Of a stretch of 64,000 nt of DNA, positions 27,909-38,327 are shown one piece after another. Below the pieces are notes generated by a model that did no database searches, was not told where the DNA came from, and was given only the letters and a program-made list of their open reading frames with translations. The stretch is from NCBI GenBank assembly GCA_965202985.1, contig CBDBCF010000001.1:1024001-1088000 (forward strand), read 5' to 3'. Source of the stretch: Longimicrobiales bacterium. GTDB taxonomy: Bacteria; Gemmatimonadota; Gemmatimonadetes; Longimicrobiales; Gaopeijiaceae. Numbering within the stretch: the stretch's first letter is position 1; each line of letters begins with the position of its first letter. Both the position numbers and the translations under genes were made by a program.

Positions 27909-30012
27909 GGCCCACCTGTCTCATGAGGAACGCGAGCTCCATGGCTGCGTTGCGGACGTTGCGGCTGAACGCCCGACCGCCGGCGTGGCCCGCCCGAGGA
28001 TCGTAGTCCAGAATGATCGGCGCCCCGGACGCCGAAGCCGCTTGGAGTCGAGCCGTCATCTTGCGGGCTTGCAGCGGCGGCACGCGCGTGTCCAGGTCGC
28101 CTTGCGCAAGCATGAACGCGGGGTAGTCCACGCCGTCCTGCACACTTTGGTACGGCGAGAAGGTCCGGAGCACCGCGAACTCGCTGGCGACGGCGGCGTT
28201 GCCGTACTCCAGAAGCGCGGGAAGGTTGTTGGTCGTCGTGAACTGGTAGAAGCGAACCATGTCCAGGTCGGGGAACCCGCAGTAGACGACTCGAAACAGG
28301 TCCGGTCGCCGGGTCGCGGCGGCGGCGACCAGCAGCCCCCCGTTGCTCGAGCCGCGGATCGCTAAACGGTTCGGGTTCGTGTAGTCGTTCGCGACCAGCC
28401 ATTCCGCCGCCGCCACGAAATCGTCGAAGACGTTGGGCTTGTTCTCCAGCATCCCGGCGCGGTGCCACGTCTCGCCGAACTCGCCGCCGCCCCGCAACGT
28501 GGCGATCGCATAGACGCCGCCCTGCTCCATCCAGGCCGCGGCGCGCGCGTCGAACCGGGGAAGCAGGCTTACGTTGAAGCCGCCGTAGCCGTAAAGCAGG
28601 GCGGGCGCGTTGCCGGCGGGATCCAAGTCGCGCCGGTGAGCCACGTACATCGGCACCCGAGTGCCGTCGCGGGACGTGTACCACACCTGTGTCAGCTCGA
28701 AATCGGCGCCGTCGAAGGGCGTCTGGGGGGGCAACCATTCGTCCGCGTCGAGGGTCTCCATGTCCACCTCGAGCACGTGGGCGGGGGCCGTCAGGGAGCT
28801 CAGCGAGAGGAGCGCGCGCCCGTCGCGCCAGGTCCGAAGCGAGGCCGCGTGGTGGGGCGGCACATCGATTTCGCCGGTGGGCGCGCCGTCCATGCCGAAT
28901 CGCTCGATCCGCGTGCTCACGTTGTGCAGGTACTCGGCGTACAGGCTGCCGTCCGCGACATGGTAGTTCGCCAGCACATCGGAGGCTTCGGGCAGCACTT
29001 CGCGCCACTGCGACGGGTCCGAACCCGGGGCGTCCAGGTCCACGGCCACGACGCGGTTGTTCGGCGCGTCCAGGTTGGTCAGCATCAGGAGCTCGCCGTC
29101 CACGAAGCGGGGACGGAAGCGCGCGGCCTCGCCGACCACGAGGGCGACGGGCGGCGTGCCTTTTTGCGGATCGTGGACGTAGACATCGGAGCGCGCCCAA
29201 CCGTGCTGGACCGCGTAGACAAACCGGTCGCCGGCCCGGGACACGCTCAGAAAGCTCTCGGGGCCGATGCCGTCCCCGAACAGCTCGGCGTCGGCGGACG
29301 GCGGCGTGCCGAGAGCGTGGAACCGGAAGCGCGGCCCCGCCGTCCGCGACCGGTGGACGTAGTAGAAGCCGGCGCCTTCGGCGTCGAAGAAGATGCTGCC
29401 GTAGAGAGCCTGGGGCAGACGGTCGGGCAAGTCTCGGTCCTCTGCCAGGTCGCGAACTCGTATCTCCACCTCGTCGCGCCCGCCGTCCCGGACCGCGTAG
29501 AGCAGCAGGCTTCCGTCGGGCGAGAAGTCCCGGATCGCCGCGCTGGTCGTGCCGCTGGGGTTCAATTCCAGCGGATCGATCACGACTTCGTACTCCGCGT
29601 CCGCGTCCAGCGGTCGGTCGTCGGGCTCGGCCGGAGCCGGGCGGCGGTAGATCGCGGCGACCTCGCGTCCCTTCTTGCGCAAGGAGAAGTACTCGTGCTC
29701 TGCTGCGCGTCGCGGGTAGACGGGGCCGGGCACGTCCATGAGCTCCGCCAAGCGGTCTTCCAGCGCCCGGCGCAGCGGCGTGTTGCCGACGATCTGTTCG
29801 GCGTAGGCGTTTTGCGCGGCGATCCAGGTGCGCGTGGCGGGGCTGTCCTGATCTTCCAGCCAGCGATAGGGATCGACGAACGCGACGCCGTGGATCGTGT
29901 CGTGCACGGGCACGCGGGCCGTCTCGGGCGGCGGCGGCCAAGCGGGGCCGCAGGCCAGAAGCAAGGCCGTGGGCGCCAGGGCGGCCGGGAGACACGGAAG
30001 GAATCTGGACAT
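27892..30012 (-). CDS. Prolyl oligopeptidase (S9A), probable lipoprotein
   Basis: LLLAC lipobox, DPYRWLED, YGYGGF, RGGGEFG, GSSNGG (Ser), DTRV (Asp), AGH (His). Confidence 0.95.
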   Translation of the reverse strand: MSRFLPCLPAALAPTALLLACGPAWPPPPETARVPVHDTIHGVAFVDPYRWLEDQDSPATRTWIAAQNAYAEQIVGNTPLRRALEDRLAELMDVPGPVYPRRAAEHEYFSLRKKGREVAAIYRRPAPAEPDDRPLDADAEYEVVIDPLELNPSGTTSAAIRDFSPDGSLLLYAVRDGGRDEVEIRVRDLAEDRDLPDRLPQALYGSIFFDAEGAGFYYVHRSRTAGPRFRFHALGTPPSADAELFGDGIGPESFLSVSRAGDRFVYAVQHGWARSDVYVHDPQKGTPPVALVVGEAARFRPRFVDGELLMLTNLDAPNNRVVAVDLDAPGSDPSQWREVLPEASDVLANYHVADGSLYAEYLHNVSTRIERFGMDGAPTGEIDVPPHHAASLRTWRDGRALLSLSSLTAPAHVLEVDMETLDADEWLPPQTPFDGADFELTQVWYTSRDGTRVPMYVAHRRDLDPAGNAPALLYGYGGFNVSLLPRFDARAAAWMEQGGVYAIATLRGGGEFGETWHRAGMLENKPNVFDDFVAAAEWLVANDYTNPNRLAIRGSSNGGLLVAAAATRRPDLFRVVYCGFPDLDMVRFYQFTTTNNLPALLEYGNAAVASEFAVLRTFSPYQSVQDGVDYPAFMLAQGDLDTRVPPLQARKMTARLQAASASGAPIILDYDPRAGHAGGRAFSRNVRNAAMELAFLMRQVGLVPEA

Positions 30013-30073
30013 GCGCTGGCCGCCTCGTGGCGTGGGGGTACGGAAGGTCAATATCGCACGGGCGGCGGCGGTC

Positions 30074-31465
30074 TCAACTCAGCACGCGCCGCAGGGCAGC
30101 GAGTTCGGGGGGTGCGCGAACCGCGCGCACGGGGCGGTCCAGCACGGCGGCGATGCCGGGAGGGACCGGCACGGAACGCCCGACCAGAGGCTCCACGGTC
30201 TCGGCGAACTTGCCCGGGTGAGCCGTCGCCAGGACGATCCCGCGGGCGCCGGGTCGGCGCGCCAGCTCCGAGCGCAGGCCCAGGAGACCCACGGCGGTAT
30301 GGGGGTCCAGGACGATTCCGGTGCGGCGCCAAACGTCCTGGATGCAGTTCCGCGTCTCGTCGTCAGTCCACGAGGAGCCGGATACGATGTCCCGAGCAGC
30401 CTCCACGCCGCCGCCGAACAAGTGCAGCACGCGCAGCCAGTTGCTGGGGTTCCCGACGTCCATGGCGCTGGAGATCGTCGGCACGGAGGGGGCAGGTTCG
30501 TAGGCGCCGCCGGCAAGGTGGGCGGGGACGACGGCATTGGCGTTGGTAGGCGCCGCGAACCGCGCAATGGGCACCCCCAGGGCCCGGGCGACGAGCCCCG
30601 CCGCCAAGTTGCCGAAGTTTCCGGAGGGTACCGAGACGACCAAGTCGGGCGACCCCAAGGCTCCAGCATGCCGCCCGACGCGCTTCCTCCTTCCGGCGTC
30701 CTCCGACCGGGCCGCGTGCTCCGCCCAGGCGTGGGCGTAGTAGAACGTCTGGGGGAGCAGCCGGCCCACGTTGATGGAGTTGGCGGGCACCAGTCCGTGG
30801 GCACGGCGAAGGGCTGAGTCGGAAAGGGCTTCCCGCACGAGGCGCTGACATTCGTCGAAGGAGCCCTGAACGCCGACGGCGAGGACGTTGCCCCCCAGCG
30901 CGCAGAACTGGACGGCTTGCCGCGGGCTGACGCGCCCGTCCGGATAGAGCACGACCACGCGCGTGCCCGGCACGTCGAAGAACGCATGGGCCACGGCGGC
31001 CCCCGTGTCGCCGGACGTGGCCGCCAGGATCGTGAGGCGGCGGCGCTCGCCGGGGGGTCGGAACGCCGCCATGATGCGCGCCATGAACCGCGCGCCGACG
31101 TCCTTGAAGGCGTGGGTCGGCCCGTGGAAGAGCTCCAGCATGTGCACGCCCCGCTCCAGCCGACGCAGCGGTACGGGGAAGTCCAGGGCGTCTCGCACCA
31201 CGCCGCGCAGCACGTCCGCGGGCAGGGCGTCGCCCAGCAGATGGCGCGCGACGACGAAAGCGCGTTCATGGAACGACCGGCCCGCCATGTCCTGCAACCG
31301 GTCTTCGCGCATCGGCGCCAACGACGCCGGCACGAAGAGGCCGCCGCCCGGCGGGCTGCCTTGGAAGAGCGCGTCCTCGAACGTCCAGGCGCGCTCGTCG
31401 CCGGCGTCCGGCGAAACCGTCTCCGCGCGTCCGCCGGGCCCCCACCGGGCTACGGCCAGCTTCAC
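30074..31465 (-). CDS. thrC: Threonine synthase
   Basis: GGLFVP, ELFHGPTHAFKD (PLP Lys), ATSGDTG, NSINVGR, VPSGNFGN, TAHPGKF. Confidence 0.95.
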   Translation of the reverse strand: MKLAVARWGPGGRAETVSPDAGDERAWTFEDALFQGSPPGGGLFVPASLAPMREDRLQDMAGRSFHERAFVVARHLLGDALPADVLRGVVRDALDFPVPLRRLERGVHMLELFHGPTHAFKDVGARFMARIMAAFRPPGERRRLTILAATSGDTGAAVAHAFFDVPGTRVVVLYPDGRVSPRQAVQFCALGGNVLAVGVQGSFDECQRLVREALSDSALRRAHGLVPANSINVGRLLPQTFYYAHAWAEHAARSEDAGRRKRVGRHAGALGSPDLVVSVPSGNFGNLAAGLVARALGVPIARFAAPTNANAVVPAHLAGGAYEPAPSVPTISSAMDVGNPSNWLRVLHLFGGGVEAARDIVSGSSWTDDETRNCIQDVWRRTGIVLDPHTAVGLLGLRSELARRPGARGIVLATAHPGKFAETVEPLVGRSVPVPPGIAAVLDRPVRAVRAPPELAALRRVLS

Positions 31466-32421
31466 AGGACAGCTTCGAGGACGCGGGCGCCCGCTTGGCC
31501 GACGCCGGAGACGATCAGATCGGAAGCCGCGCCCGCCTCTTCGCGAAAGCCGTCCGCCATGGCTTGGGCGACTCTGTCGGCAACGGACTGTCCCCGGCAG
31601 AGGGCGAAGACCGACGGCCCCGAACCGGACAGTCCCGCACCGGCGGCGCCCGCTTCCAACGCCAGCGCCTTGACGGCTTCGAAGCCCGGCACCAGGGGCG
31701 CCCGAAAGGGCTCGGCCACCGCGTCGTGCACCGAGCGCGCAAGAAGCGCCCAGTCCTCTTCGTACAGCGCGGCGACCAAGCCCGCCGTGCTTCCCCACTG
31801 GCGCACGGCCGCGGCCAGCGGAACCGAGTCGTTCAAGACGGCGCGGGCCCGCGCCGTCTCCACTTCCATGCGCGGGCGCACCACCGCCACCACGAGATCG
31901 TCGGGCGCCGGCAGGCGAACGATCCGCACGGGGTCGCCCGGCGCCGCCAAGACGATCCCGCCGGCCAGGGCCGGGGCGGCGTTGTCGGGGTGGCCCGCGC
32001 CCGATCCCAGCCGCTCGCCCGCCAAGGCGCACTCCAACAGGGCCGACTCGTCCAGGCCGCCCCCCAGCAGCACGTGCGACGCCACGGCCCCCGCGACCGC
32101 GCTGGCGGCGCTTCCCCCCAAGCCCGACGCCACCGGAAGCCCCTTGCGGACGGTCAGGGCCAATCCGTGGCGGACGCCCAGCCGCTCCCGCACCGCTCGG
32201 GCCGCCACGGCCGCCGAGTTGCGCGCCGGGTCGGTGGGCACGCGCCCCCCGTCGCCAGCCACCTGGAGCGCAAGTTCGTCCTGGCCGCCGGCCCGGCGCA
32301 CCGTCACCTCGTCGCCCGGACCCTGCAGCGCCAGTCCGAAGACGTCGAAGCCGCAGCCCAAGTTCGACACCGTGGCTGGCGCGAAGGCCCGCACTTCGGA
32401 CAGGCGGCCCTGTGCGCTCAC
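31462..32421 (-). CDS. thrB: Homoserine kinase
   Basis: APATVSNLGCGFD, GLGGSAAS, HPDNAAP, LSGSGPS. Confidence 0.95.
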   Translation of the reverse strand: MSAQGRLSEVRAFAPATVSNLGCGFDVFGLALQGPGDEVTVRRAGGQDELALQVAGDGGRVPTDPARNSAAVAARAVRERLGVRHGLALTVRKGLPVASGLGGSAASAVAGAVASHVLLGGGLDESALLECALAGERLGSGAGHPDNAAPALAGGIVLAAPGDPVRIVRLPAPDDLVVAVVRPRMEVETARARAVLNDSVPLAAAVRQWGSTAGLVAALYEEDWALLARSVHDAVAEPFRAPLVPGFEAVKALALEAGAAGAGLSGSGPSVFALCRGQSVADRVAQAMADGFREEAGAASDLIVSGVGQAGARVLEAVL

Positions 32422-33287
32422 GGCTTGGCCTTCCCCGTGCCCCGCTCCGCATCCGGTCCCCGGCGCTCCGGCCTGCGCCGACGGAAGGGCATCGCCAGCA
32501 TCCCCCGCAACGACGAACGGTCCCGGCGATCCACCCCGTCGAGCCCCAGGGCCAGAGCCCGCGGGTCCTTCGCAAGGCGGAAGCTGCCGAACAGACGGTC
32601 CCAGAACGAGAACACGCTTGCAAAGTTGGAGTCGGTCTCGGGTTGCCAGCGGGAGTGGTGAACCCAGTGCATCCACGGCGTGACCAACAGCCACCGCAGC
32701 CGTCGGTCGGCGCGCTCGGACAGCTTGAGGTTGCCGTGGTGGAAGAGCACGACCGGCAACAAGACGGCTTCGTACACGACCAGCTGGCCGACGGTCATGC
32801 CCAGCAGGGGCAGAACGAGAAGCCGGGCCGTGGAAGACAAGACGATCTCGCCGGTGTGAAAGCGAAGTCCCGAGCTGGCGTCCAGCTCTTCGTCGGCGTG
32901 GTGCACCGCGTGGAAGCGCCAGAGCACGGGCACCCGGTGGTTCAGTCGGTGCCACGCATACTGCCAGAGGTCGAACAGCACCAGCGCCGCGGCCCCCGCG
33001 ACCCACGGCGTCGGAAGATCTAGCCAGTGGAGCAGCCCGAAGGGTCGGGCTCTGGCCCATTCGGTCGCGAACAGGGTCGCGCCCGCGAAGACCACCGCCG
33101 TCACCGCCGCGTTGGCCACGCCCAGGGCCACGTTTGCGGCGTCGTGCCGGACCCGCTCCCGCCGGCCGTCGAAGCGACCCTCGAACATCGGGATCAGCCC
33201 CTCCAGCAACCATAGGATCGCCAGGGCCGCTGCGGCAACGATCGGCTTGGCGGCCAGGACCGTCTCGGCCATGTCCGCCTGGGTCAT
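32418..33287 (-). CDS. Sterol desaturase / fatty acid hydroxylase family protein
   Basis: His boxes HRLNH, HAVHH, FHH, HWVHH; NF...WDRLFG. Confidence 0.9.
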   Translation of the reverse strand: MTQADMAETVLAAKPIVAAAALAILWLLEGLIPMFEGRFDGRRERVRHDAANVALGVANAAVTAVVFAGATLFATEWARARPFGLLHWLDLPTPWVAGAAALVLFDLWQYAWHRLNHRVPVLWRFHAVHHADEELDASSGLRFHTGEIVLSSTARLLVLPLLGMTVGQLVVYEAVLLPVVLFHHGNLKLSERADRRLRWLLVTPWMHWVHHSRWQPETDSNFASVFSFWDRLFGSFRLAKDPRALALGLDGVDRRDRSSLRGMLAMPFRRRRPERRGPDAERGTGKAKP

Positions 33288-33429
33288 GTCGGGAAAGGCC
33301 GGCGCATGAGCAAATATAGCCGCGGCCGGTTGTGGCGCAGGCTCCGGCTGCGTCTATTGCGGCGCCAAGGACGCGAGAGCGCCGCTGCGGAGCGTCCGGC
33401 GGAGACGCCTTTCACCCGAGGGGGACACG

Positions 33430-34668
33430 TTGGGGCTGAACAAGAGGTACGACGGATACCGGTCGTTCCAATACTTGAAGGAGACTCGCGACTTCGACGA
33501 CTACGGGCTGGTGGAGGGCGAATCGCTCTTCGAGCGGTACTTGGTGCCCTTGTCCGAAGCGGAAGAGGCGCGCGTCCTCGATCTAGCGGGGCGCTTGGTC
33601 ATGATCTCGCTTCACGAGCACCCCCACCTGTTTCCGGCGGACCCCGGGCGGATGCGGCAGTACGACTCCGAGGGACGGGTCCACACCGCGTACGAGGCGC
33701 TGGCCAATTCGTGGTGGGACTGCGTGTTCGACAACTTCCAGGACGGCGCCGCGTTCATCACGTCGAAGAACGGCTGGAAGTGGAGCGACGTGATCCACGA
33801 CATGGGAATGCGGCTGTGCGACTTGGCGCACCAGGACTTCTTGATTCGCTGCGAGGCCGTGGCGGACATCCACCGGGCGCGGCGGGAAGGCCGGATCGCC
33901 TTGGTGGCCGCGCAGGAAGGCGCCGCCATGATCGAGAACGAACTCGACCGAATCGAGATCCTGTACGGCATCGGGCTGCGCGTGCTGGGGATCACGTACA
34001 GCGAGTCCAACGGACTGGGCACGGGCCTGAAGGAGGACCGGGACGGCGGCTTGACCGCGTTCGGACGACGGGCGGTGGCGCGCATGAACGAAGTCGGCAT
34101 GGCGATCGACTGCGCCCACTCCAGCGACCAGACCACGCTGGACACCGTGGAGGCCAGCCGGCATCCGATCTTCCTGACGCACACCGGCGCGCGCGGACTG
34201 TGGAACATCCGTCGCCTGGCGCCCGACAACGTCATCCGCGCCGTGGCCGACAAGGGGGGCGTGATCGGGATCGAGGCCGCGCCGCACACCACCGTTTCCC
34301 GTCGCCGCCCGCGCCACGACATCGAGTCGTTCATGGAGCACTTCGAGTACGTGAAGGACCTGGTCGGCATCGACCACGTGGCGTTCGGGCCCGACACCCT
34401 GTACGGCGACCACGTCGCGCTGCACAAGGTCTACGCCGAGGCGCTGTCGATCGAGGCTTCGCAGGATGTCGGGGGCGGCCCGGACGGCGGAGACGGCGAC
34501 GCGACGCCCCGTCACGAGCCCGTGGAGTACGTGCGCGGCGTCGAGAACCCCACCGAGGCGTCCAAGAACATCTTGCGCTGGCTGGTCAAGCACGACTACG
34601 GCGACGAGGAGATCACCAAGGTGGTGGGCGGGAACATCTTGCGGGTCCTGGACGAGGTCTGGCAGTGA
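33430..34668 (+). CDS. Membrane dipeptidase (M19) / amidohydrolase family
   Basis: SLHEH, DGGLT.FG, IDCAH, THTG, GGVIG, GIDHVAFGPD, GGNILRV; SD before TTG. Confidence 0.9.
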   Translation: MGLNKRYDGYRSFQYLKETRDFDDYGLVEGESLFERYLVPLSEAEEARVLDLAGRLVMISLHEHPHLFPADPGRMRQYDSEGRVHTAYEALANSWWDCVFDNFQDGAAFITSKNGWKWSDVIHDMGMRLCDLAHQDFLIRCEAVADIHRARREGRIALVAAQEGAAMIENELDRIEILYGIGLRVLGITYSESNGLGTGLKEDRDGGLTAFGRRAVARMNEVGMAIDCAHSSDQTTLDTVEASRHPIFLTHTGARGLWNIRRLAPDNVIRAVADKGGVIGIEAAPHTTVSRRRPRHDIESFMEHFEYVKDLVGIDHVAFGPDTLYGDHVALHKVYAEALSIEASQDVGGGPDGGDGDATPRHEPVEYVRGVENPTEASKNILRWLVKHDYGDEEITKVVGGNILRVLDEVWQ

Positions 34669-34784
34669 GGCGCGGCCCGAAGGGCGACGCGGGATCGGCG
34701 GGCGCCGGCGGCGGGGAAGGCGTCCGAGCGCCGGGGGACGCACGCGATTCCGGGGCATCCCGGACGCCGGCGCCGGTCGCGTCG

Positions 34785-34946
34785 ATGATCCTGATGGCGA
34801 TCTTCGTCGTGGGCGGCTGCATCGGACTGGTGGCGCGCTGGCCCGCCGGACCCGCCAACCTGGACTGGGGCGTGTGGACGGTGGTGTACGGCGGCTACGC
34901 GTACGTGGTGCTGGCGGCGCTGTTCCACGCCCGGACGGGTCGGTGA
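34785..34946 (+). CDS. Small 2-TM membrane protein, probable symporter accessory (may start at GTG 34665)
   Basis: MILMAIFVVGGCIGLV...WTVVYGGYAYVVLAALF, 15 nt before a symporter gene. Confidence 0.6.
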   Translation: MILMAIFVVGGCIGLVARWPAGPANLDWGVWTVVYGGYAYVVLAALFHARTGR

Positions 34947-34961
34947 AGGGGCGGCGCATCC

Positions 34962-36446
34962 ATGACCGCACTGTACACGGTGATCCTCGTGTTGTACTTC
35001 GCTGGCCTGCTGGCGCTGGGAGCGTGGTTCAACCGGCGGACCAAGTCGCGCGAGCAGTACTTCCTGGCTCGGGGCGAACTGGGGCCCGCGACCCTGGGGT
35101 TCTCGTATTCGGCCACCCAGATGAGCGGCAGCTCGTACATGGGCGCCGTGGGCACCGAACGGGTCCTGGGCTACAACTTCGCGCCGGGGGGCGTGTCGTC
35201 GGCTGCGGCGCCGTGGTTCACGTACATCCTGCTGGGCGAGCGTCTCCGCAGGGTCGCCTCGCGCATCCGATGCACAACGATCGTGGACGTCCTCCAAGCG
35301 CGCTACTACGGTCGCTCGATCGCGATCATCGCCACGGTGCTCATGCTGGTCGCCTTCGTGCCGCTGATCGCCGCCCAGCTCAAGGCCGCGGCGAACCTCT
35401 TCCAGGTCCTGCTAGGCTTGCCCTACTGGCTGGGCTTGACGGCGTTCGGCGGCATCGTCGTCTTGTACACGGTGATCGGTGGGATGCGCGCCGTCGCATG
35501 GACCGACCTTGTGCAAGGCGCCATCATGATCGCAGGCTTCGCCTTTCTGGCTCCGGTCGCGGTCGGAGCGGCGGGCGGCTTCGGCGAAATGCACATGCGC
35601 TACGCCGAGATCAACCCGGACGGCATCTCGTTCCTCGGGACCATGCCCGCCCTTTGGGTGGTCTCGTCTTTCCTGGTCTGGGGCTTCTTTCAGATCGGCG
35701 GCGCGCCCGCGGCGGTGACCCGCTTCTTGATCCCCGAAGACGAAAAGACCCTGAAGGGCGCCCTGGTGTTTTCGATTGCGTTCTCGTCGTTCATCTTCGC
35801 GGGCTCCACGTTGATCGCCATCGCGTCGGCGGTGCTGCTGCCTTCCTTGGAGCAGACGGACATGGCGTTGCCCGCGCTCGTGCAGATGCTGATGCATCCG
35901 GTGTTCGGGGGGATCGTCGTGGCGGCGGTCCTGGGCGCCACCATGTCCACGATCGACTCGATCCTGCTGCTGGCCGGCTCGCTGGTCGTGGAGAACCTCT
36001 ACGTGCCGGCGACCGGGCGCGACGTCTCCCGAGCCGCCGGCCTTCGGCTGGCGCGCTGGACCACCTTGGGCATCGGCGTGCTGGCCATGGCCGTGGCGGT
36101 GGACCCGCCCGCCAGCATCCTCTGGATCGTGACCATGTCCTTCAGCTTGATGGCGTCGGCGTTCACCTTCCCGCTGCTTCTAGGCATGTGGTGGCCGCGC
36201 GCCACCCGCCAGGGAGGCATCGCCGCCATGTTGGGCGGCGCCGCCACGTGCGTGCTCTGGTATGTGCTGGGCTACCTGCAGTACGGCACGCTGAACAGCT
36301 GGCCCGGCGGGCTCTGGCCAGCGCTGGCGGGGCCGCTGGTCTCGCTGGCGCTCCTGGTGGCGGTCAGCCTTCTTTCGCAGCCCCCGCCGGCCGAAGTCGG
36401 TCGGATCTTCTTCCCCGACGACGAACGCGCCGTACTCGATTCGTGA
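34962..36446 (+). CDS. Sodium:solute symporter (PutP/PanF-like)
   Basis: SATQMSGSSYMG, GGMRAVAWTD, GATMSTIDS, about 13 TM. Confidence 0.92.
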   Translation: MTALYTVILVLYFAGLLALGAWFNRRTKSREQYFLARGELGPATLGFSYSATQMSGSSYMGAVGTERVLGYNFAPGGVSSAAAPWFTYILLGERLRRVASRIRCTTIVDVLQARYYGRSIAIIATVLMLVAFVPLIAAQLKAAANLFQVLLGLPYWLGLTAFGGIVVLYTVIGGMRAVAWTDLVQGAIMIAGFAFLAPVAVGAAGGFGEMHMRYAEINPDGISFLGTMPALWVVSSFLVWGFFQIGGAPAAVTRFLIPEDEKTLKGALVFSIAFSSFIFAGSTLIAIASAVLLPSLEQTDMALPALVQMLMHPVFGGIVVAAVLGATMSTIDSILLLAGSLVVENLYVPATGRDVSRAAGLRLARWTTLGIGVLAMAVAVDPPASILWIVTMSFSLMASAFTFPLLLGMWWPRATRQGGIAAMLGGAATCVLWYVLGYLQYGTLNSWPGGLWPALAGPLVSLALLVAVSLLSQPPPAEVGRIFFPDDERAVLDS

Positions 36447-36484
36447 CAGCGCGTCGCCGTCTCGACCCCCGGAACGGGCGAGCG

Positions 36485-37192
36485 CTACCCCCCGAAGCCG
36501 AAGCGGACCGTCACGCTGGCGATCGGCCAGTACTTCAGGTAGGTGGCGGCCCGGTCCGCGATGTTTTCCTGCTCCTGGTCCAGGTGCCGCCGGAAGTCGG
36601 CGGTGCCGACGACGCTGGACCCGGTGGCTTCCAGCTCCACCTGGGCGTCCCCCAGGAACGCCACGCCCAAGTCCAGCGAGACGCCGAAGCCGCCGGGAGC
36701 GTTGGCGCCGAAGCCGATCAGCGCAAAGGGCGCGGTCTTGCGCGACTTGTGGACGCCGCCGATCGTGCCGACCTCGCCGGGCTCGTAGGTGTGTTCGCCC
36801 AGCGTGATCCGGGCCTCGGAGTCCAGCGTCACGTCGGCGGACACGTCGCCGGGCTTGTAGAGGAGTCCGCCGCCCAGCCGAAAGAAGCCGCCCAGATAGA
36901 AGTCGGCGCCCACGGTGTACCAGTTGCGGGGCAGCTTGAGCGTGGCGGACGACACGCGGTCGATGTCGTAGAAGTCGGTCGCGTCCAGCTCCAGGGGCAG
37001 CAGGCCGTAGCCGCCTCGGAAGCCCACGGGTCCCATGCGCACGGCGGCCTCGGGGCCGATCCCCACTGTGCCGCCCCGAACGCCCAAGGCGAAGCTCACG
37101 GGCTGGCCGAACGCTTCCGGCGCCGCGCCCGCCAGGACGCCGGCCCCCCCGACGAGCGCGACGAGCGCGCGAACGCGTTGCGTGGTCCTCAT
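36485..37192 (-). CDS. Exported protein, probable outer-membrane beta-barrel
   Basis: Signal peptide, GTVGIG, alternating aromatic/Gly strands, C-terminal VTVRFGF. Confidence 0.7.
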   Translation of the reverse strand: MRTTQRVRALVALVGGAGVLAGAAPEAFGQPVSFALGVRGGTVGIGPEAAVRMGPVGFRGGYGLLPLELDATDFYDIDRVSSATLKLPRNWYTVGADFYLGGFFRLGGGLLYKPGDVSADVTLDSEARITLGEHTYEPGEVGTIGGVHKSRKTAPFALIGFGANAPGGFGVSLDLGVAFLGDAQVELEATGSSVVGTADFRRHLDQEQENIADRAATYLKYWPIASVTVRFGFGG

Positions 37193-37256
37193 TCAATGAA
37201 GATAACCCCCGTATATTGGAGGAGCCGGCGTTCCATCCCCCAAGGAGACCTGCCAA

Positions 37257-38327
37257 GTGGACCCGCGGTTTGCGGCGCGGTTGGCCGACACCGAAGAGCG
37301 GTTTCGCGCCCTCGACCAAGAGCTGGCCGACCCGCAAGTCGCCCGCGACCCGGCACGGCTGCGGGAACTCGGGCGCGAGCGGGCGGGCTTGGAGGCGCTG
37401 CTGTCCGCCGGCCGCCACGTGCGCTCCCTGGAGGCGGAGCTCGAAGGCGCTCGGGAGCTGCTGGCCGACTCGGCGGACCCCGAAATGCAGGAGGTAGCGG
37501 CGGAAGAGGTGGCCGCCCTGGAAGATCGGCTGGCGGCGGCCAACCGAGGCTTCCGCGAGGCGCTGGCCCCGCGCGACCCGATGGAGGACCGCCCGGCCGT
37601 CGTGGAGATCCGGGCCGGCACGGGCGGCGACGAAGCCGGGCTCTTCGGAGCCGACCTGCTGCGCATGTACCGGCGGCTGGCCGAGCGGGCTGGCTGGACG
37701 GTGGAGATGGTGGGCCTGTCGGAGGGCGTTCCAGGGTCGATCAAGGAGGCCGTCTTCACCGTGCGCGGCAAAGGGGCCTACGGACGGCTGCGCTTCGAGT
37801 CGGGCACGCACCGCGTCCAGCGCGTTCCCGAGACCGAGAGCCAGGGTCGGGTCCACACCTCGGCCGCCACCGTGGCCGTGCTGCCCGAGGCGGAGGACGT
37901 GGACGTGCAGATCGAGCCGGCGGACCTGCGCATCGACGTCTTCCGGTCGTCCGGCCCCGGCGGACAGTCGGTGAATACGACGGACTCGGCGGTCCGGATC
38001 ACGCACCTGCCGACCGGCCTGGTGGTGTCGTGCCAGGACGAGAAGTCCCAGCACAAGAACAAGGCGCGCGCCCTCAAGGTGCTCCGCTCGCGGCTGCTGG
38101 AGCAGGTGGTGGCCGAGCGGGACGCCGAGCGCGCGGCCGAGCGCCGTTCCCAGATCGGAACCGGCGACCGCTCCGCCAAGATCCGCACCTACAACTTTCC
38201 CCAGAACCGCGTCACCGACCACCGGATCGGCCTGACCCTGTACCGCCTGGCCGACATTCTGGACGGCGACCTGAACGAGATCGTGGCGGCGCTTCGCCTG
38301 GCCCGCGACGACGAACTCCTTTCGTGA
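37257..38327 (+). CDS. prfA: Peptide chain release factor 1
   Basis: [20 protein letters not shown] (PxT), [11 protein letters not shown]. Confidence 0.97.
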   Translation: MDPRFAARLADTEERFRALDQELADPQVARDPARLRELGRERAGLEALLSAGRHVRSLEAELEGARELLADSADPEMQEVAAEEVAALEDRLAAANRGFREALAPRDPMEDRPAVVEIRAGTGGDEAGLFGADLLRMYRRLAERAGWTVEMVGLSEGVPGSIKEAVFTVRGKGAYGRLRFESGTHRVQRVPETESQGRVHTSAATVAVLPEAEDVDVQIEPADLRIDVFRSSGPGGQSVNTTDSAVRITHLPTGLVVSCQDEKSQHKNKARALKVLRSRLLEQVVAERDAERAAERRSQIGTGDRSAKIRTYNFPQNRVTDHRIGLTLYRLADILDGDLNEIVAALRLARDDELLS

